Below, one piece after another: positions 8,786 to 18,499 of a DNA stretch of 64,000 bases. Source of the stretch: Calditrichia bacterium (GTDB taxonomy: Bacteria > Calditrichota > Calditrichia > RBG-13-44-9 > J075); contig JBOEGD010000007.1 of the NCBI GenBank assembly GCA_050633245.1, positions 114,196-178,195 of the forward strand. Reading direction: 5' to 3'. The notes under the pieces are model-generated. The model did no database searches, was not told the DNA's origin, and saw only the letters and a list, made by a program, of their open reading frames with translations. The position numbers and the translations under genes are program-made. The stretch's first letter is position 1; every line of letters begins with the position of its first letter.

Positions 8786-9799
8786 TTATGGTGCAGTTGT
8801 TTCTAACTCCACTTTCAGATTTTTTGAGGTATGAACCTCGTTCTGTGCGTCAATCAACAAACATTCTACCTGCTTCAGACGATTCACCAGCGCCAAGCCT
8901 TCAACTTTACCCAAGATAAACACTGATGTGGCCAAAGCATCGGCCAGTTCTGCATCCGGGCAAATTATAGTGGCGCTTTTTAGTCCGGAAACCGGCATAC
9001 CCGTTTTCGGATGAATGATATGTCCGTAACGCACACCATCAATTTCAACAAACTTCTCGTAGTTTCCGGAAGTAACAACCGCCTGATTCCGAATTGTCAG
9101 CCAGCAAAGCACTTTTTTCGAATCGTTGGGATCGGCAATTGAAATACGCCAGTCTTTACCGTCAGCTTGTTTTCCCCAAGCGAACAAATCTCCTGCTGCG
9201 TTTACAACGCCATTTTCAATACCCAGCTGCTTCATTACCTCACGAGCGCGATTTGCAGCATAGCCTTTTCCGATGGCACCGAAACCGATTTTCATTCCGG
9301 CATCGCGTAGAAAAACGCTCTTGGTTCCAGCATTCAGAACGATGTTAGTATAGCCAATTTTCGATACGGAAACCGCCATTTCTTTGGCAGAAGGCAATTC
9401 GGTCATGCTACCATCATAGCGCCATACGTTATCCATGGATGCGTAAGAAATATCAAAGACACCGTTTGTGAGTCTTGAAACCTTGATACTGCGCTGGATA
9501 AGCTGAAATAATTCAGAAGATACGGTAACAGGCTTGATACCGGCATTTCGATTTATACTACTGGTTTGCGAGGAGGGGTTCCATGATGAGATGAGGTTCT
9601 CAATACGCTCTATCTCTGCAATTCCGGCATTAATCGCGTTCCAGCTGAGCGAATCGTTTTCGGCAAGTGCAATCAGCTCAAAGCGCGTTCCCATGAGCTT
9701 CAAAATCTTGCGACTACTAGTTAATGAATCTTCCGGTTGCGCCGCTACTGCGCCACACCAAAGGATCATCATCATGTTAAGAAAGGAGCGAAAATACAC
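8786..9799 (-). CDS. apbE: FAD:protein FMN transferase
   Basis: LMGTRF, GAIGKGYAA, NAAGDL, VTSGNYE, HIIHPKTG, ADALAT. Confidence 0.95.
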   Translation of the reverse strand: MYFRSFLNMMMILWCGAVAAQPEDSLTSSRKILKLMGTRFELIALAENDSLSWNAINAGIAEIERIENLISSWNPSSQTSSINRNAGIKPVTVSSELFQLIQRSIKVSRLTNGVFDISYASMDNVWRYDGSMTELPSAKEMAVSVSKIGYTNIVLNAGTKSVFLRDAGMKIGFGAIGKGYAANRAREVMKQLGIENGVVNAAGDLFAWGKQADGKDWRISIADPNDSKKVLCWLTIRNQAVVTSGNYEKFVEIDGVRYGHIIHPKTGMPVSGLKSATIICPDAELADALATSVFILGKVEGLALVNRLKQVECLLIDAQNEVHTSKNLKVELETTAP

Positions 9800-10257
9800 T
9801 ATTTAGAGATAGCCTTTTTTATTTTGCTAATATACGCTTCCGGCGTTTCTTCGCGATAGCCGCCGAGAGTGGCGACATTCTCTTCATTCGAGTTTATCAG
9901 AACAACAAGTGGAAAAGATCCCTTCTTGTTGAAACGCTCTGCCAGACCTTCGTTGTAAGCCGTTCGTTCTGCAGAGAGCTTGTTTTTTTTCTTAGCGGGA
10001 AAGTCCAGCATAACGAGCGCCAAATTGTCTGCAGCGTAGGCTTTGAAAGCATCTGTTTCCAATACAACCTTCTTCAGCTGGATGCATGGTCGACACCAAT
10101 CCGAGCCGGAAAAATATAGCATGATGAGCTTATCGGAATCAGCAACATGTTCTTTTGCTGCTTCCAGCGTCTCAAGCCAAATCGTCGGAGCGCTTTCCTC
10201 ATCGCCTGCCAACATCGGCAAGGCGAGAAGTAAGATCAAAAAGATAATTTTGTTCAT
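9799..10257 (-). CDS. Periplasmic thioredoxin-family protein
   Basis: Signal peptide from MNKIIF, FSGSDWCRPC (WCxxC), LDFP, FPLVVL. Confidence 0.88.
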   Translation of the reverse strand: MNKIIFLILLLALPMLAGDEESAPTIWLETLEAAKEHVADSDKLIMLYFSGSDWCRPCIQLKKVVLETDAFKAYAADNLALVMLDFPAKKKNKLSAERTAYNEGLAERFNKKGSFPLVVLINSNEENVATLGGYREETPEAYISKIKKAISK

Positions 10258-10327
10258 CAGTTCTCTTTCGTCAAAATTTGATATAATTCGAGTTCTAAGT
10301 GCTAAGACAATATTATTTGACACTATC

Positions 10328-10459
10328 GTGTAAACTTGGTCAGGCTGAGCCCTTCGGCTTCGCTCAGGACAGGCTCTGTCGAAGCCCTATTGAGAGCTTA
10401 TTAGTCTCTCGACTTCGCTCGAGGTGACAAAACCGGAATGTCTAACAGATCTGTCCATC
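10328..10459. repeat. ~130-bp REP/MITE-like palindromic element, copy 2
   Basis: Closely similar to 5011-5143, same orientation. Confidence 0.85.
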
Positions 10460-10462
10460 TTC

Positions 10463-10885
10463 TCAATTATTCAGCGCACCATTCTCAATCCACACTTTAA
10501 TAGAATCGGTAATTTCAGTGGATAACTGAGCTTCTCCACGGGGCATAATGGAGCCCTCAATATCGCCACCGACCAGCTTTAGAAACAGGTAGCTTTCTGA
10601 AGGATTGTTCGGCTCAACCTGCTCGAAGCCTTCAGAACTTCCCACGTTTACTAAGCTTGCAAAAGAACTACCGGACGTCAGGTTAGGGCGCTCATCGCCA
10701 TTATGGCAACCGCTTAATGCACAGGAGCGGTCAAAAACATTTACTTGAATAGAGGAGAGGGTGGCATTGGGCACCCTGGCTTCCTGGAAGTCATTACCAT
10801 CTTCGGAACAAGCACTTAGGGCGATCAAAAATAAAATGGAAAAGATAAAGCGTGCAGCCATTGGAAATCTCCTTGGTTCAGTCAT
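10463..10885 (-). CDS. Lipoprotein with cytochrome c-like domain (atypical CX4CH)
   Basis: LSAC lipobox, SCALSGCH, V.P..P..SYL..KL, SIMP, I..WIENGA.NN. Confidence 0.65.
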   Translation of the reverse strand: MTEPRRFPMAARFIFSILFLIALSACSEDGNDFQEARVPNATLSSIQVNVFDRSCALSGCHNGDERPNLTSGSSFASLVNVGSSEGFEQVEPNNPSESYLFLKLVGGDIEGSIMPRGEAQLSTEITDSIKVWIENGALNN

Positions 10886-10972
10886 TGATAAGACCGATAG
10901 ACGGGCGCGATATTCCGATCAGTTATCACTTCTATCCAGATCAGTCTATACTTGTTCCGTAAAAATAGGTAA

Positions 10973-11620
10973 TTATACTTCCATGGGAAGGACGTAGCGC
11001 AAGATTGCAATAAAATGAAAAAAAGAACCGGCCATGACAAACAGGTGCCAAATTGCATGATGATAGCGCAAACTTCGCCACGAGTAGAAGAGAACGCCAC
11101 AAGTATATGTAAGTCCGCCAATCACCAGCCATGCAATGCCGTTTGGATGAATCGTCTGCATCATTTCGCTCATCACCAGCAGACTTAGCCAGCCCATTGC
11201 GATATACAGAGCGGTGGACATACGACGAAAGCGTCCAATAAAAAACACCTTGAATACAATTCCCGCCAAAGCAAGCGACCAGATGATTATCAGAAGTGGC
11301 CATCCCCAGCTCTCGCGCATGTTGACCAACAGAAAAGGCGTATACGTACCGGCAATCAGTAAATAAATTCCGCAGTGGTCCAACAGCTTTAGCACATCGC
11401 GCTTCTCCCAGTTCAGTAAACTGTGATAGAGCGTTGACGCAAGATACAAAATGGTGAGTGTGGCGCCATAGATACTAAAGCTCACAACACGCCATACATC
11501 GCCATACATAGATGCCAGCATGACCAATGCGGTAAGCGCCGCAATGCTAAGCGCTGTGGCGATGCCATGCGTAATGCTATTTGCGAGTTCTTCACGGAAA
11601 TGATAGATACGGTCAGACAT
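10973..11620 (-). CDS. trhA: Hemolysin III/PAQR family membrane protein
   Basis: EELANSITHG, STLYH, LDHCGIYLLIAGTYTP, HAIWHLFV. Confidence 0.9.
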   Translation of the reverse strand: MSDRIYHFREELANSITHGIATALSIAALTALVMLASMYGDVWRVVSFSIYGATLTILYLASTLYHSLLNWEKRDVLKLLDHCGIYLLIAGTYTPFLLVNMRESWGWPLLIIIWSLALAGIVFKVFFIGRFRRMSTALYIAMGWLSLLVMSEMMQTIHPNGIAWLVIGGLTYTCGVLFYSWRSLRYHHAIWHLFVMAGSFFHFIAILRYVLPMEV

Positions 11621-11652
11621 AATCGGAGCTGTCTTTTTAGGCTGTATGTGCC

Positions 11653-11678
11653 AACCCACGACTAAAGTCGTGGGTTGA
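11653..11678. repeat. Palindrome CAACCCACGAC-TAAA-GTCGTGGGTTG (REP-like)
   Basis: Perfect 11-bp stem in the intergenic gap. Core CCCACG/CGTGGG is shared with the 2952-3145 units. Confidence 0.7.
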
Positions 11679-11724
11679 GCATATATCGCAGGTTAATACA
11701 ACGAATCAGATTTGTACGTGCTTG

Positions 11725-12315
11725 CTAGCGAACACGCTTGATGCTACAACCAAATGCATTGGTTTTTGCTTCTCCAACGACTTTTGCTGCCAGCAGTGCA
11801 TCGAGTGCAAGACGCAGATCGCTCTGTTTTACGTACGATGCTTTTTGCGAGTCATCAATGCGCCCGTGATATTGAATGGTCTGCGACTTGTCCAGCAAAA
11901 CGACCTCTGGGGTTACAGACGCATCAAAACTATCTGCCACCTTGTTGCCAACGTCCTGCAACACCGGAAAAGTAAACCCGTTCTTTGTCGCGTGCTTCTT
12001 AATACCCGGCATTTTCTCATTGCGATTGGAATTGATGCCAATAAAGGCCACGCCTTTTGCAGCATAATCATTTGCCAGTGCAACAATACGCTCATTATAC
12101 GCATTCGAAACCGGACAGCGTGTTGAAAGGAATATCAGCACCACGGCATTTTTATCACTATAATCGCTTAGGGAATGGGATTTTCCGTCGCTGCCGGGCA
12201 GCATAAAACCAGTGGCTTTCGAACCTATTTCTGCCACTCCCATGAACAGAAACGCTGCGCTTAACAGCAGTCCTGTAAGCGTCAAAAGTTTTGTCATTTT
12301 CATCCTATTCTTCAT
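11725..12315 (-). CDS. Exported AhpC/TSA-type redoxin (thioredoxin fold)
   Basis: F.LPG.DGK..SLSDY, RCPVS, GINSN, TPEV, YHGRIDD, FGCSIK. Confidence 0.88.
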   Translation of the reverse strand: MKNRMKMTKLLTLTGLLLSAAFLFMGVAEIGSKATGFMLPGSDGKSHSLSDYSDKNAVVLIFLSTRCPVSNAYNERIVALANDYAAKGVAFIGINSNRNEKMPGIKKHATKNGFTFPVLQDVGNKVADSFDASVTPEVVLLDKSQTIQYHGRIDDSQKASYVKQSDLRLALDALLAAKVVGEAKTNAFGCSIKRVR

Positions 12316-12518
12316 GATCTACCTCCTTTTGCCTAAAATATAGGCATTGTGCTTCTCAATATCTATAACCTACATCAATTTAGACCGGTTCCACAGAAAA
12401 AAGTAACAGTCTTTCGCGGGTTACCCCGTGAAAGACAGACCGCTACGCTGACAGGTCGCTCCTTCCGAAGTATCGGGATCGCTGTCAGAACACAGATCGC
12501 TCTGCTGACAGACGGCTT

Positions 12519-13823
12519 TCAGCCGCTCTCCCGGAACGCCGCATACTCCGTTCCCGTAATCAACCGCGCACCACGCTTGCGGGTAAAGTAGTTAGACGCC
12601 CATTGAAAGAGCACCAGCACTTTACTGTCAAAACCAATTAGATAAGCAATATGGATAAACACCCAAATCAACCAGGCGCTAAATCCGGAGAATCCCATAC
12701 TACCCAGTTGAGCAACAGCAGCATTACGACCAATTACCGCCATGCTGCCTTTGTCGAAATAACGAAAGGGTTTGGGTAGCGGACGATCCTCTTGCCGCTT
12801 AAGAACAAGTTTAGCGACATATTCTCCCTGCTGCATTGCAACCTGGGCTACTCCGGGTAAAGGACTATCACCCTGATGCGAGAAATTTGCCATATCGCCA
12901 ATGACAAAAACACTGTCGTGGCCTTTGATGGCTAAGTTTGACTCTATCATTACCCTGCCGCCGCGATCAAGTTCAGCATGAAAGCGATCGGCGAGAACCG
13001 TAGCAAGTGCCGATGGTTTAACACCGGCACCCCAAAGCACAGTGTGGCAGGGAATTATTTCCTCTGAGTTAGCAGATTTCACCGTTACATAGTCTTCCTG
13101 AATATCGAGCACCGGCGTATTAAGACGCACATCGACGCCCAATTTTTCAAGGGATTTCATGGCTTTTGTTGCAAGTTTTTCCGGATAACCATTAAGAATC
13201 TGTCCACCCGCTTCAACCAGCACGATGCGGGCCTCATTGGTATGAATGGATTGAAAGTCATCTTTCAGGGTAAACGAGGCCAGCTCCCCCATCGCCCCTG
13301 CCAGTTCTACTCCGGTTGGTCCGCCACCAACAACCACAAAGCTCATCAGCGCAGCGCGTTCTTCCGGATCTTCTGATTGTTCAGCTGCCTCGAAGGCCTG
13401 AAAAATCCGCTGACGCATTTCGAGCGCATCCTCAATGGTTTTTATCCCCGGAGCCTTTTCTTCCCACTGATCATTTCCAAAATAGTGATGTCGTGCTCCA
13501 GCGGCGACCAGCAACGTGTCATAATAGAACTCCTGCTCCCCTGCCAAAACCAACTGCCTGTCCGCATCAATATCTTCCACCTGAGCCATCACCACGTCGA
13601 TATTCTTGTAGCGATTCAATACGGCACGTAAAGGCGATGCTATATCACCGGGAGATAAGCCACCTGTTGCAACCTGGTAAAGCAAAGGTTGAAACAGGTG
13701 AAAGTTGCGGCGATCAATCAACGTTACCTGAACATCTTTTTTGCCAAATGCCCGGGCAGCATATAAGCCACCGAATCCACCGCCGATAATGACCACCTGG
13801 TGTTTATTCTTTGAGTTTTGCAT
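12519..13823 (-). CDS. ndh: Type II NADH:quinone oxidoreductase
   Basis: VVIIGGGFGG, HLFQPLLYQVATG, VVGGGPTGVELAG, FVIGD, PGVAQVAMQQG, FDKGSMA. Confidence 0.93.
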   Translation of the reverse strand: MQNSKNKHQVVIIGGGFGGLYAARAFGKKDVQVTLIDRRNFHLFQPLLYQVATGGLSPGDIASPLRAVLNRYKNIDVVMAQVEDIDADRQLVLAGEQEFYYDTLLVAAGARHHYFGNDQWEEKAPGIKTIEDALEMRQRIFQAFEAAEQSEDPEERAALMSFVVVGGGPTGVELAGAMGELASFTLKDDFQSIHTNEARIVLVEAGGQILNGYPEKLATKAMKSLEKLGVDVRLNTPVLDIQEDYVTVKSANSEEIIPCHTVLWGAGVKPSALATVLADRFHAELDRGGRVMIESNLAIKGHDSVFVIGDMANFSHQGDSPLPGVAQVAMQQGEYVAKLVLKRQEDRPLPKPFRYFDKGSMAVIGRNAAVAQLGSMGFSGFSAWLIWVFIHIAYLIGFDSKVLVLFQWASNYFTRKRGARLITGTEYAAFRESG

Positions 13824-13976
13824 CTTACTTCTCCCCTACGCGTATTTCTATAATAGTTGGCCAAAACTCTTGTTATTTTTTTCACAAATACGCTTTTAAC
13901 ACTCAAATGTTTCAAAACTAATTTTCATGGCCTATATTAGATGCCGCTTTATAACAATTGTTACCCAGGAGGCTTC

Positions 13977-16541
13977 GTGCAAGCAGTATTTTCTATTCAC
14001 CGTATCGTAATTCTTTTGCTTTTGTTTATGCTGACCCAACTTTTAGCACAGGAAAAGGAGCAAAGTCCAATGGCTCTGAATAGCTGGCTTATAACCGAAT
14101 CCGCACCAATTCCAGTTCCGGCATTCCAGGAAGATCCGGCCGAGATAAAAGAACTATTGAACTCCGGCGCGCTGGACTGGCAATCGCTTCAGCCAAAATC
14201 AGGCGCAACACTTAGCTGGAATGGAAACAATGAGTCTTCCTGGCGAGTTCAAAACGCCGAGACACTGACCTTTGCATCTTCTAAAAGTGCTCTCCCCCAG
14301 CAGGCACTTGCCGCCTGTTACGTCCAGGTTGAAAAGTTTACCAAGCTGAAAGTCACTCTGGAAAGTGCGCATCTGCTCCAGCTTTTTCTAAACGGGAGCT
14401 CTGTTGCAACAAAAGAGTCCAGCGAAAGCGAAGATGAATCGGGGAAATTAACGCACACACTTTCGTTGGAGACTGGTAAGCATGTGTTGATTATTCGCAC
14501 GCTGCGCGATCCGGCGAACAGCAAAGCCTGGTCAATAAAAACGACGGTCGATCACTCCGATGTCACCGTCAGCCTTTCACCGGAAACACCGTTTAACATA
14601 CAGCAGTTGTTGAGCAGCCCCCTAATAAGCGGAATTTCTATTTCTCCTGATGGATCGACGGCCGCAGTGAACTTAAGACAGGTTATTGGCGATGAGAAGC
14701 GCGAAAGCTGGTTGGAGCTGCGCAGCACTAAAACGGGAAGACTACTCAACTCTTATCGTGGGTTCGCTTCACTGGGCGGTATCAACTGGGCACCGATCGG
14801 CAAACGCTTCATTTACACCTCTCGAAGCGATGGCAAGGCAACGGTTTGGCTGGTCGATCTTTCCAAGGGCAGCAGTAGAGCACTCATGCGGGATGTGGAA
14901 CACTTTCGAAGCTATAGCTGGTCACCTGACGGCAGCTATATTATCTACTCAATTACCCAAAAAGCCAAGAAAGATGACCGCGGTGTGCATAAGCTTTCCA
15001 CGCCACGAGACCGATGGCCAAACTTTCAGGATCGCAACTTTTTATATAAACTCGATATTGCTTCCGGTCAAAAGCAGCAGCTTACCAGTGGCAAGCACAG
15101 CACAAATCTGTATGCAATTCATCCGCAGAAACAGACGCTGCTGATTGGTCAAACCACCGATGACTTTGCAAATCGCCCGTATACCAAAACCACTCTCAAA
15201 CTTTTAACGCTCGCAGATCTATCGGTTGAAGAAATCGTCGATGTTCGCTGGATGAATCAGGCATCGTGGTCGCCGGATGGCAAGAAGCTGGTACTGACTG
15301 GTGGCCCAAATCTGTTTGGCGATATTGGCGTGAATGTTCGCGAAGGACAAATTCCGAACGATTACGATACTCAAGCATATCTCTACGATTTGAACAAGAA
15401 AAAAGCGACTGCACTAACGCGCACGTTTAATCCATCTCTTAATTCAGTTAGGTGGAAAGACAATAATTCGCTTCTGATGAGTGTTACTGAAGGTGAGTAT
15501 GCACCAATTTATTCGTACAACCTTGCGCGAAAGTCATTTAAGAAACTGAAGACTGGTGTGGACGTCGTGAGTTCCTTCGATGTCTCTACAGATGGCAAAA
15601 TGATAGCTCTTTATGGCAGCGGCGTTACAAGTCCGCCAAAAGCATTTGTAGTCGACACTAAAAAGAACCAGCCTAAGCTTCTCAGCTTTCCTGCACGGCA
15701 GCAGTTTACGAATACGCGATTCGGAAATATTAAAGACTGGAGCTTTAAAAACAGCCGTGGTGACAATATTGAAGGCCGCGTGTATTATCCGCCAAATTTT
15801 GATCCGGCAAAGAAATATCCGGCCATTGTGTATTATTACGGCGGAACCGTTCCGGTCTCCCGCTCTTTTGGCGGTCGCTATCCCTACAATCTATTTGCAG
15901 CGAATGGCTATGTTGTTTACGTGCTGCAACCAAGCGGTGCAATTGGCTATGGACAGAGCTTCTCGGCATATCATGTAAATGACTGGGGCAAGATAGTTGC
16001 TGATGAAATTATCAGCGGCACCAAGGCATTCCTTGCAGAACATAGCTTCGTAGACCGTAAACGAGTTGGCTGCATGGGGGCTTCTTATGGTGGATTTATG
16101 ACAATGCTGCTTACCACGCGCACCGACATTTTTGCAGGTGCAATATCGCACGCGGGAATTAGTTCGTTGTCCAGCTACTGGGGCGAAGGCTTCTGGGGTT
16201 ATCTCTATAGCGCAGTCGCAACGGCAAATAGCTTTCCCTGGAACCGACCGGATCTCTATGTCGATCAAAGTCCGCTTTTCCAGGCAGATAAAGTGACCAC
16301 TCCCCTATTGTTGCTCACCGGTGACTCCGACACCAACGTTCCGCGTGGTGAAAGCGATCAGTTCTACGTCGCTCTAAAAGTATTGGAAAAAGAGGTAGAC
16401 TATATTCGGATTGAGGGGCAGGATCATCATATTCTCGATCACAAAAAACGGATGATTTGGCAGCGCACCATCATTGCCTGGTTCGACCGCTACCTAAAAG
16501 GAGATGCTAACTGGTGGGATTCACTTTACCCGGCAGAATAA
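13977..16541 (+). CDS. S9 family serine peptidase (acylaminoacyl/dipeptidyl peptidase-like) with beta-propeller
   Basis: WSPDG repeats, nucleophile GASYGG, DTNVP, DHHI. GTG start at 13977 after GGAGG. Confidence 0.92.
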   Translation: MQAVFSIHRIVILLLLFMLTQLLAQEKEQSPMALNSWLITESAPIPVPAFQEDPAEIKELLNSGALDWQSLQPKSGATLSWNGNNESSWRVQNAETLTFASSKSALPQQALAACYVQVEKFTKLKVTLESAHLLQLFLNGSSVATKESSESEDESGKLTHTLSLETGKHVLIIRTLRDPANSKAWSIKTTVDHSDVTVSLSPETPFNIQQLLSSPLISGISISPDGSTAAVNLRQVIGDEKRESWLELRSTKTGRLLNSYRGFASLGGINWAPIGKRFIYTSRSDGKATVWLVDLSKGSSRALMRDVEHFRSYSWSPDGSYIIYSITQKAKKDDRGVHKLSTPRDRWPNFQDRNFLYKLDIASGQKQQLTSGKHSTNLYAIHPQKQTLLIGQTTDDFANRPYTKTTLKLLTLADLSVEEIVDVRWMNQASWSPDGKKLVLTGGPNLFGDIGVNVREGQIPNDYDTQAYLYDLNKKKATALTRTFNPSLNSVRWKDNNSLLMSVTEGEYAPIYSYNLARKSFKKLKTGVDVVSSFDVSTDGKMIALYGSGVTSPPKAFVVDTKKNQPKLLSFPARQQFTNTRFGNIKDWSFKNSRGDNIEGRVYYPPNFDPAKKYPAIVYYYGGTVPVSRSFGGRYPYNLFAANGYVVYVLQPSGAIGYGQSFSAYHVNDWGKIVADEIISGTKAFLAEHSFVDRKRVGCMGASYGGFMTMLLTTRTDIFAGAISHAGISSLSSYWGEGFWGYLYSAVATANSFPWNRPDLYVDQSPLFQADKVTTPLLLLTGDSDTNVPRGESDQFYVALKVLEKEVDYIRIEGQDHHILDHKKRMIWQRTIIAWFDRYLKGDANWWDSLYPAE

Positions 16542-17180
16542 TTAGCGCTCGAACACCATCACGCCATTGCCCAAGGTAATATCGCGAAACGGCAGATTAC
16601 TGAGCATATCCAGAATCTGCCGTTGTCCACTAGACTCCAGCATATCAACGGCATCCTTTAAAGAATATTCGAACAGGCCCAGCTGAACTATTGCCTGATC
16701 ATCAAATGTTAATCGTCCTTCCTCATTCAATCGCGGTCGGCCTGAGGCACTAACAAATAAATTTCCATCGGATAGAGCTGATAATTGCGCAATAAATGGT
16801 TTGGCATATTCATACGACTTCGGCAGATCATCCCATGGAATTTTTTCGGCATCAATCACCATTTCAAGCGCTACTTTATCCGGCTTAATGCTCGATCTCA
16901 ACCCCTTAATCAACTCATCACTTTGCTCGCCAAACTGAGTGTTGATTTTCTCCCGAAGCATGGTGCTGATATCGCTCTCGGCAATTTCCACCTTCTGTTC
17001 TGTTCGCAGCTGCTCTTGAACCTCTTCCACACGCTCAGCGGCCTCCTCAGCAGGAAGAACTGTCTCTACCGCTTCCCCCTCCAAATACCAATCTGGCAAC
17101 GCCTGTTCATTGGATAGCCAATAGTAACCACCACCAGCCAAAAGAAGCAGAATGAGTAATAGCTTTATCAGAGTTTTCAT
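16542..17180 (-). CDS. Hypothetical membrane-anchored protein
   Basis: N-terminal TM anchor (MKTLIKLLLILLLLAGGGYYW), RBS GGAG, fills the gap between neighbours. Confidence 0.6.
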   Translation of the reverse strand: MKTLIKLLLILLLLAGGGYYWLSNEQALPDWYLEGEAVETVLPAEEAAERVEEVQEQLRTEQKVEIAESDISTMLREKINTQFGEQSDELIKGLRSSIKPDKVALEMVIDAEKIPWDDLPKSYEYAKPFIAQLSALSDGNLFVSASGRPRLNEEGRLTFDDQAIVQLGLFEYSLKDAVDMLESSGQRQILDMLSNLPFRDITLGNGVMVFER

Positions 17181-17356
17181 ATATGATGCATCTCCATAAA
17201 TTTTCACTATTAGAATCGGCAACTGTTGCAATTCACGCAAGACAAACTTATCTTCAGACAATTTTACTCCAATACTGCTCCTTTACGCAAGTTTTCATCT
17301 GAAAACTGCCTCATCTTTTAGATCAGGGAGCCGGAGTAATTTATCCGGAGAACACT

Positions 17357-18499
17357 ATGGGAAAAGAACAGGGAAAGTCTGGGATCAGGCGCTACTTTTC
17401 AGTAGAGCATCCGCTGGTTAAACGGCCAGTGAACGCCTATATTAAATACCGAAAGTTCCTTCCGCTTGTGGCCTTCTTCACAGGATTTGGATGGGATAGT
17501 TTTACACTGCGTCGAATCGATGCTTTCCTTGATAATATGATCCTGCTCTGCTACCTTCTGCTGCTTGGTTCGTTGATCCTTGTTTTTCATTTAGTCGACA
17601 AACGCGTTTTGAAAAAAGACTTCCTGGATGCACGCCTTGAATGGTTCCCAATCGCGATTCAGTTCTTTGTCGGCGGCTTGTTTAGCGCCTATGTGGTGTT
17701 TTACTTTCACAGTGCTTCCCTTAGCAAAACAGCTCTCTTTTTTATCGTTTTGGTTGGACTACTTGTTGCCAATGAGTTTTTGAAAGAACGTCTCACCAAT
17801 ATGTACATGCAAATGGGTTTATTCTTTCTGGCATCCTTCTCATTTTTCACCTTCTTTCTTCCCGTGGTTCTAAAAGAAATGAATGGCTACATCTTTTTGC
17901 TGGGTGGCGTTATTAGTCTGGCAATGGTGTGGGCGCTATTATTCTATTTACTCTACCGCTCTGCCATCCGCAGTAAAGAGCAATATTGGCGCATTTGCGG
18001 CATGCTGGTGACTATGTTTCTCGTAATGAACTTGTTTTATGTTCTCAACTGGATTCCCCCGGTGCCGCTATCCCTTAAGTCGGGCGGAATTTATCATCAC
18101 GTAGAGCGAATCGAAGGGCAATACAAACTAAAGTATGAATCACCTAGCTGGTATCAGTTTAGCAAGAAGTCTGATAACCCATTTAGCTACGCTCCCGATG
18201 ATACCGTGTTCTGTTTTACCGCGATATTTGCTCCAACCAAGTTGCGAAAAAAGGTCTACCATCACTGGCAACAATATTCCGAGAAGCGTGGAGAGTGGAT
18301 AACGACCGATAAACTAAGTTACCAGATAACCGGGGGCAGAGATGGTGGATTTCGGGGGTACTCTTTCAAGAAAAACATCCAGCCCGGGGATTGGCGGGTT
18401 GATGTAAAAACCGAGGATGAGCTCTTGCTCGGACAAATTCGCTTCAGCATCCAACCAGTCGATAGCGCGACCTATAAACTGGAGACCATTTTTCGCTAG
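17357..18499 (+). CDS. DUF2914-domain integral membrane protein
   Basis: Multi-TM N-terminus, then IPPVPLSL...F.AIFAP..L...VYH.W...I.GGRDGGFRGYS.K...PG.WRVDV. Confidence 0.8.
   Translation: MGKEQGKSGIRRYFSVEHPLVKRPVNAYIKYRKFLPLVAFFTGFGWDSFTLRRIDAFLDNMILLCYLLLLGSLILVFHLVDKRVLKKDFLDARLEWFPIAIQFFVGGLFSAYVVFYFHSASLSKTALFFIVLVGLLVANEFLKERLTNMYMQMGLFFLASFSFFTFFLPVVLKEMNGYIFLLGGVISLAMVWALLFYLLYRSAIRSKEQYWRICGMLVTMFLVMNLFYVLNWIPPVPLSLKSGGIYHHVERIEGQYKLKYESPSWYQFSKKSDNPFSYAPDDTVFCFTAIFAPTKLRKKVYHHWQQYSEKRGEWITTDKLSYQITGGRDGGFRGYSFKKNIQPGDWRVDVKTEDELLLGQIRFSIQPVDSATYKLETIFR

Noticed and set aside
12415-12515. Riboswitch or ncRNA between ndh and the redoxin (CTGACAG/CTGTCAG inverted and imperfect direct repeats)
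   Set aside because: No recognisable aptamer consensus. More likely a degenerate repeat or terminator-like structure.
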